The position numbers and the translations under genes are program-made. Source: Mobula hypostoma (lineage: Eukaryota). From it: 64,000 nucleotides of DNA. The notes beneath the pieces were generated by a model. The model was not told the origin of the DNA and made no database searches. It was given only the letters and a program-made list of their open reading frames with translations. Shown piece by piece: positions 59,267-64,000 of the stretch (the first letter of the stretch is position 1; each line of letters begins with the position of its first letter). The stretch is taken from assembly GCF_963921235.1 (NCBI RefSeq), contig NC_086108.1, forward strand, positions 115,756,001 to 115,820,000, written 5' to 3'.

Positions 59267-60470
59267 CAGATATACACACACACACACACATGCAGATATA
59301 CACACACACACGCAGATATACACACACACATCAATACACACACACACACCTGCTGATATACACACACACATGCAGATTTACACAGACACATCAATACACA
59401 CACACACACATGCAGATATACACACACACATCAATACACACACAGGCAGATATACACACACACATCAATACACCAACACATGCAGATATACACACACATG
59501 AATACACACAAACTCATGCAGATATATACACACACATGCAGATATACACACAGATGCAGATATACACACACATCAATACACACACACACATGCACATATA
59601 CACACACTCATGAATACACACACACACACCTGCAGATATATAACACACACATATGCAGATATACACACACACATCAATACAGACACACACACACACACAG
59701 GCAGATACACACACACATCAACACACACACACATGCAGATATACACACACATGAATACACATACACACACGCAGATATACACACACACATGCAGATATGC
59801 ACACACAGATGCAGATATATACACACACACATATGCAGATATACACACACACATGCAGATATACACACACACATCAATACAGAAACACACACACACACAC
59901 ACACAGGCAGATACACACACACATCAATACACACACACACACATGCAGATATACACACACACATGAATACACACAGACACACATGCAGATATACACACAC
60001 ACATGCAGATATGCACACACAGATGCAGACATATACACAGACATGCAGATATTGACACACACATCAATACACACACACACACCCAAGCAGATATAGACAC
60101 TCACATCAACACACACACACATGTAGATAAACACTCACACATCAACACACACAATGCAGATATACACACACATCAATACACACACACACACACATGCAGA
60201 TATACACATACACATCAATACACACACACACACATGCAGATATACACACCCACATCAACACACACACATGCAGATATATACACACATCAATACACACACA
60301 CACAGGCAGATATACACACACATCAATACACACACACATGCAGATATACACACACACATCAATACACACACACATGCAGATATAGTCACACATCAATACA
60401 CACACACACATGCAGATATATACACACACATCAATACACACACACACACATGCAGATATACACACACATC

Positions 60471-60516
<46 letters not shown>

Positions 60517-62871
60517 GGCAGATATACACACACACATCAATACACACACATGCAGCTATAAACACATCTATACACACACACATGCAGATATGAACACACA
60601 TCAATACACACACACACATGCAGATATACACACACACATCAATACACACAGATGCAGATATACACACACACATGCAGATATACACACACATCATTACACA
60701 CACACATGCAGATATACACACACACATGAATACACACACATGCAGATATACACACACATCAATACACAAACACACACATGCAGGTATACACACACGCATC
60801 AATACACACACACACACACAGGCAGATAATCACACACACACATCAATACACACACACACACACACACACACATGCAGATATACACATAAACATCAATACA
60901 CACACACAGATGCAGATATACACACACACATCAATACACACACATGCAGATAAACACACATCAATACACGCAAACACAGGCAGATATACACACACATCAA
61001 TACACACACACACATGCAGATATACACACACACATGAATAAACACACACACATGCAGATATACACACACACATCAATACACACACACACATGCAGATATA
61101 CACACACATCAATACACACACTCATGCAGATATATAAACACACACATCAATACACACACACATATGCAGATACACAGACACATCAATACACACACACACA
61201 TGCAGATATACACACACACACCAATACACACAGATGCAGATATACACACACACATGAATACACACACATGCAGATACACACACACACATGCAGATATACA
61301 CACACATCATTACACACACACATGCAGATATACACACACATCAATACACACACACATGCAGATATACACACACACATCAATACACACACATGCAGATATA
61401 CACACACATCAATACACACACACACATGCAGATATACACACACACATGAATACACACACACACATGCAGATATACACACACACATCAATACACACACACA
61501 TGCAGATATACACACACATCAATACACACACATGCAGATATATACACACACACATCAATACACACACACAGACATGCAGATATACACACACATCAATACA
61601 CACACACACATGCAGATATACACACACACACCAATACACACAGATGCAGATATACACACACACATGAATACACACACATGCAGATATACACACACACATG
61701 CAGATATACACACACATCATTACACACACACATGCAGATATACACACACATGAATACACACATAGATGCAGATATACACACACACATCAATACACAGACA
61801 TGCAGATATAGACACACATCAATACACACACACATGCAGATATACACACCCACATGTAGATATACACACACATCAATTCACACACACAGATGCAGATATA
61901 CACACACACATGCAGATATACACACACACATCAATACACACACACATGCAGATATAGACACACATCAATACATACACTCATGCAGATATATACACACACA
62001 TCACTGCACACACACACATGTAGATATACACACACATCAATACACACACACACAGGCAGATATACACACACACATCAATACACACACACACACATGCAGA
62101 TATACACACACATCAATACACACACACACAGACATGCAGATATACACACACATCAATACACACACACATGCAGATATACACACACATCAATACACACACA
62201 CACAGAGGCAGATACACACACACACATCAATACACACACACACATGCAGATATACACACACACATCAATACACACACACAGACATGCAGATATACACACA
62301 CATACATCAATACACACACACACATGCAGATATACACACACATCAATACACACACACACATGCAGATATACACACACACATGTAGATATACACACACATC
62401 AATTCACACACACAGATGCAGATATACACACACACATGCAGATATACACACACACATCAATACACACACACATGCAGACACAGACACACATCAATACATA
62501 CACACATGCAGATATACACACACACATCACTGCACACACACACATGTAGATATACACACACATCAATACACACACACACAGGCAGATATACACACACACA
62601 TCAATACACACACACACACACACATGCAGATATACACACACATCAATACACACACACAGACATGCAGATATACACACACATCAATACACACACATGCAGA
62701 TATACACACACATCAATACACACACACACAGAGGCAGATATACACACACACATCAATACACACACACACATGCAGATATACACACACACATCAATACACA
62801 CACACAGACATGCAGATATACACACACACATCAATACACACACACACACATGCAGATATACACACACATAT

Positions 62872-62908
<37 letters not shown>

Positions 62909-64000
62909 CAGATATACACACACACACACACACACATGCAGATATACACACACACACGCAGATATACACACACACATCAATACACACACACACCTGCAGA
63001 TATACACACACACATGCAGATTTACACAGACACATCAATACACTCACACACAGATATAAATATACACACACACATCAATACACACACATGCAGATATACA
63101 CACACACATCAATACACACACATACATGCAGATATACACACACACATCAATACACACACACACATATACACACACACATGCAGATATACACACACACATG
63201 CAGATATACACACACACACATGCAGATATACACACACACATCAATACACACACACACACACACAGGCAGATATACACACACACATCAATACACACACACA
63301 CACATGCAGATATACACACACACATGCAGATATACACACAGATGCAGATATACACACAGATCAATGCACACACACAAATGCACATATACACACACTCATC
63401 AATACACACACACACACACCTGCAGATATATAACACACACATATGCAGATATACACACACACATCAATACAGACACACACACACACACAGGCAGATACAC
63501 ACACACATCAACACACACACACATGCAGATATACACACACATGAATACACATACACACACGCAGATATACACACACACATGCAGATATGCACACACAGAT
63601 GCAGATATATACACACACACATATGCAGATATACACACACACATGCAGATATACACACACACATCAATACAGAAACACACACACACACACACACAGGCAG
63701 ATACACACACACATCAATACACACACACACACATGCAGATATACACACACACATGAATACACACAGACACACATGCAGATATACACACACACATGCAGAT
63801 ATGCACACACAGATGCAGACATATACACAGACAAGCAGATATTGACACACACATCAATACACACACACACACCCAAGCAGATATAGACACTCACATCAAC
63901 ACACACACACATGTAGATAAACACTCACACATCAACACACACAATGCAGATATACACACACATCAATACACACACACACACACATGCAGATATACACATA
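31193..64000 (+). repeat. Composite satellite (AC)n-ATGCAGATAT-(AC)n-ATCAAT, ~30-40-bp unit, with higher-order duplications; runs off the right edge
   Basis: Continuous for >32 kb with no inserted element that I could see; recurrent rare variants mark kb-scale duplications. Confidence 0.97.

Noticed and set aside
28837..64000. Hundreds of His/Thr-rich and Cys/Val-rich ORFs up to 489 aa
   Set aside because: Direct translation of (AC)n/(GT)n satellite; open in several frames on both strands because the repeat rarely forms stops.
3461..64000. Common origin of the 25-bp array and the AC satellite (shared ATGTAGAT/ATGCAGAT and ATCAAT words)
   Set aside because: Shared words are only 6-8 nt, overlap in one array but are separated by (AC)n in the other, and the scaffolds differ.

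Overview
Eukaryotic, repeat-saturated genomic DNA. The CR1/HER1-type LINEs, V-SINE and Penelope-like fragment suggest a vertebrate, probably a cartilaginous fish (inference only). I can recognise no host protein-coding gene. Bases 1-28.9 kb are a nested pile of decayed retroelements: several CR1 subfamilies (one with both esterase ORF1 and EN-RT ORF2), Rex1/Babar-like LINE ends, a Gypsy pol remnant, a Penelope-like 3' fragment with a degenerate minimal hammerhead ribozyme, and a V-SINE. This half also holds a ~7.5 kb degenerate 25-bp purine-rich tandem array, a 23-25 bp minisatellite, and a Tc1 (DD34E) derivative built from two right ends as a fold-back. Bases 28.9-64 kb are one >35 kb composite satellite, (AC)n-ATGCAGATAT-(AC)n-ATCAAT. 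It switches strand polarity twice (one switch is a fold-back palindrome with a 15-nt loop) and has kb-scale higher-order duplications (~1.3, ~3.6, ~3.8, ~4.9, ~7 kb). The hundreds of His/Thr and Cys/Val ORFs there are repeat artefacts. The sequence does not support a new protein-coding system; the interesting signals are structural. All calls were made by eye without database searches, so boundaries are approximate.
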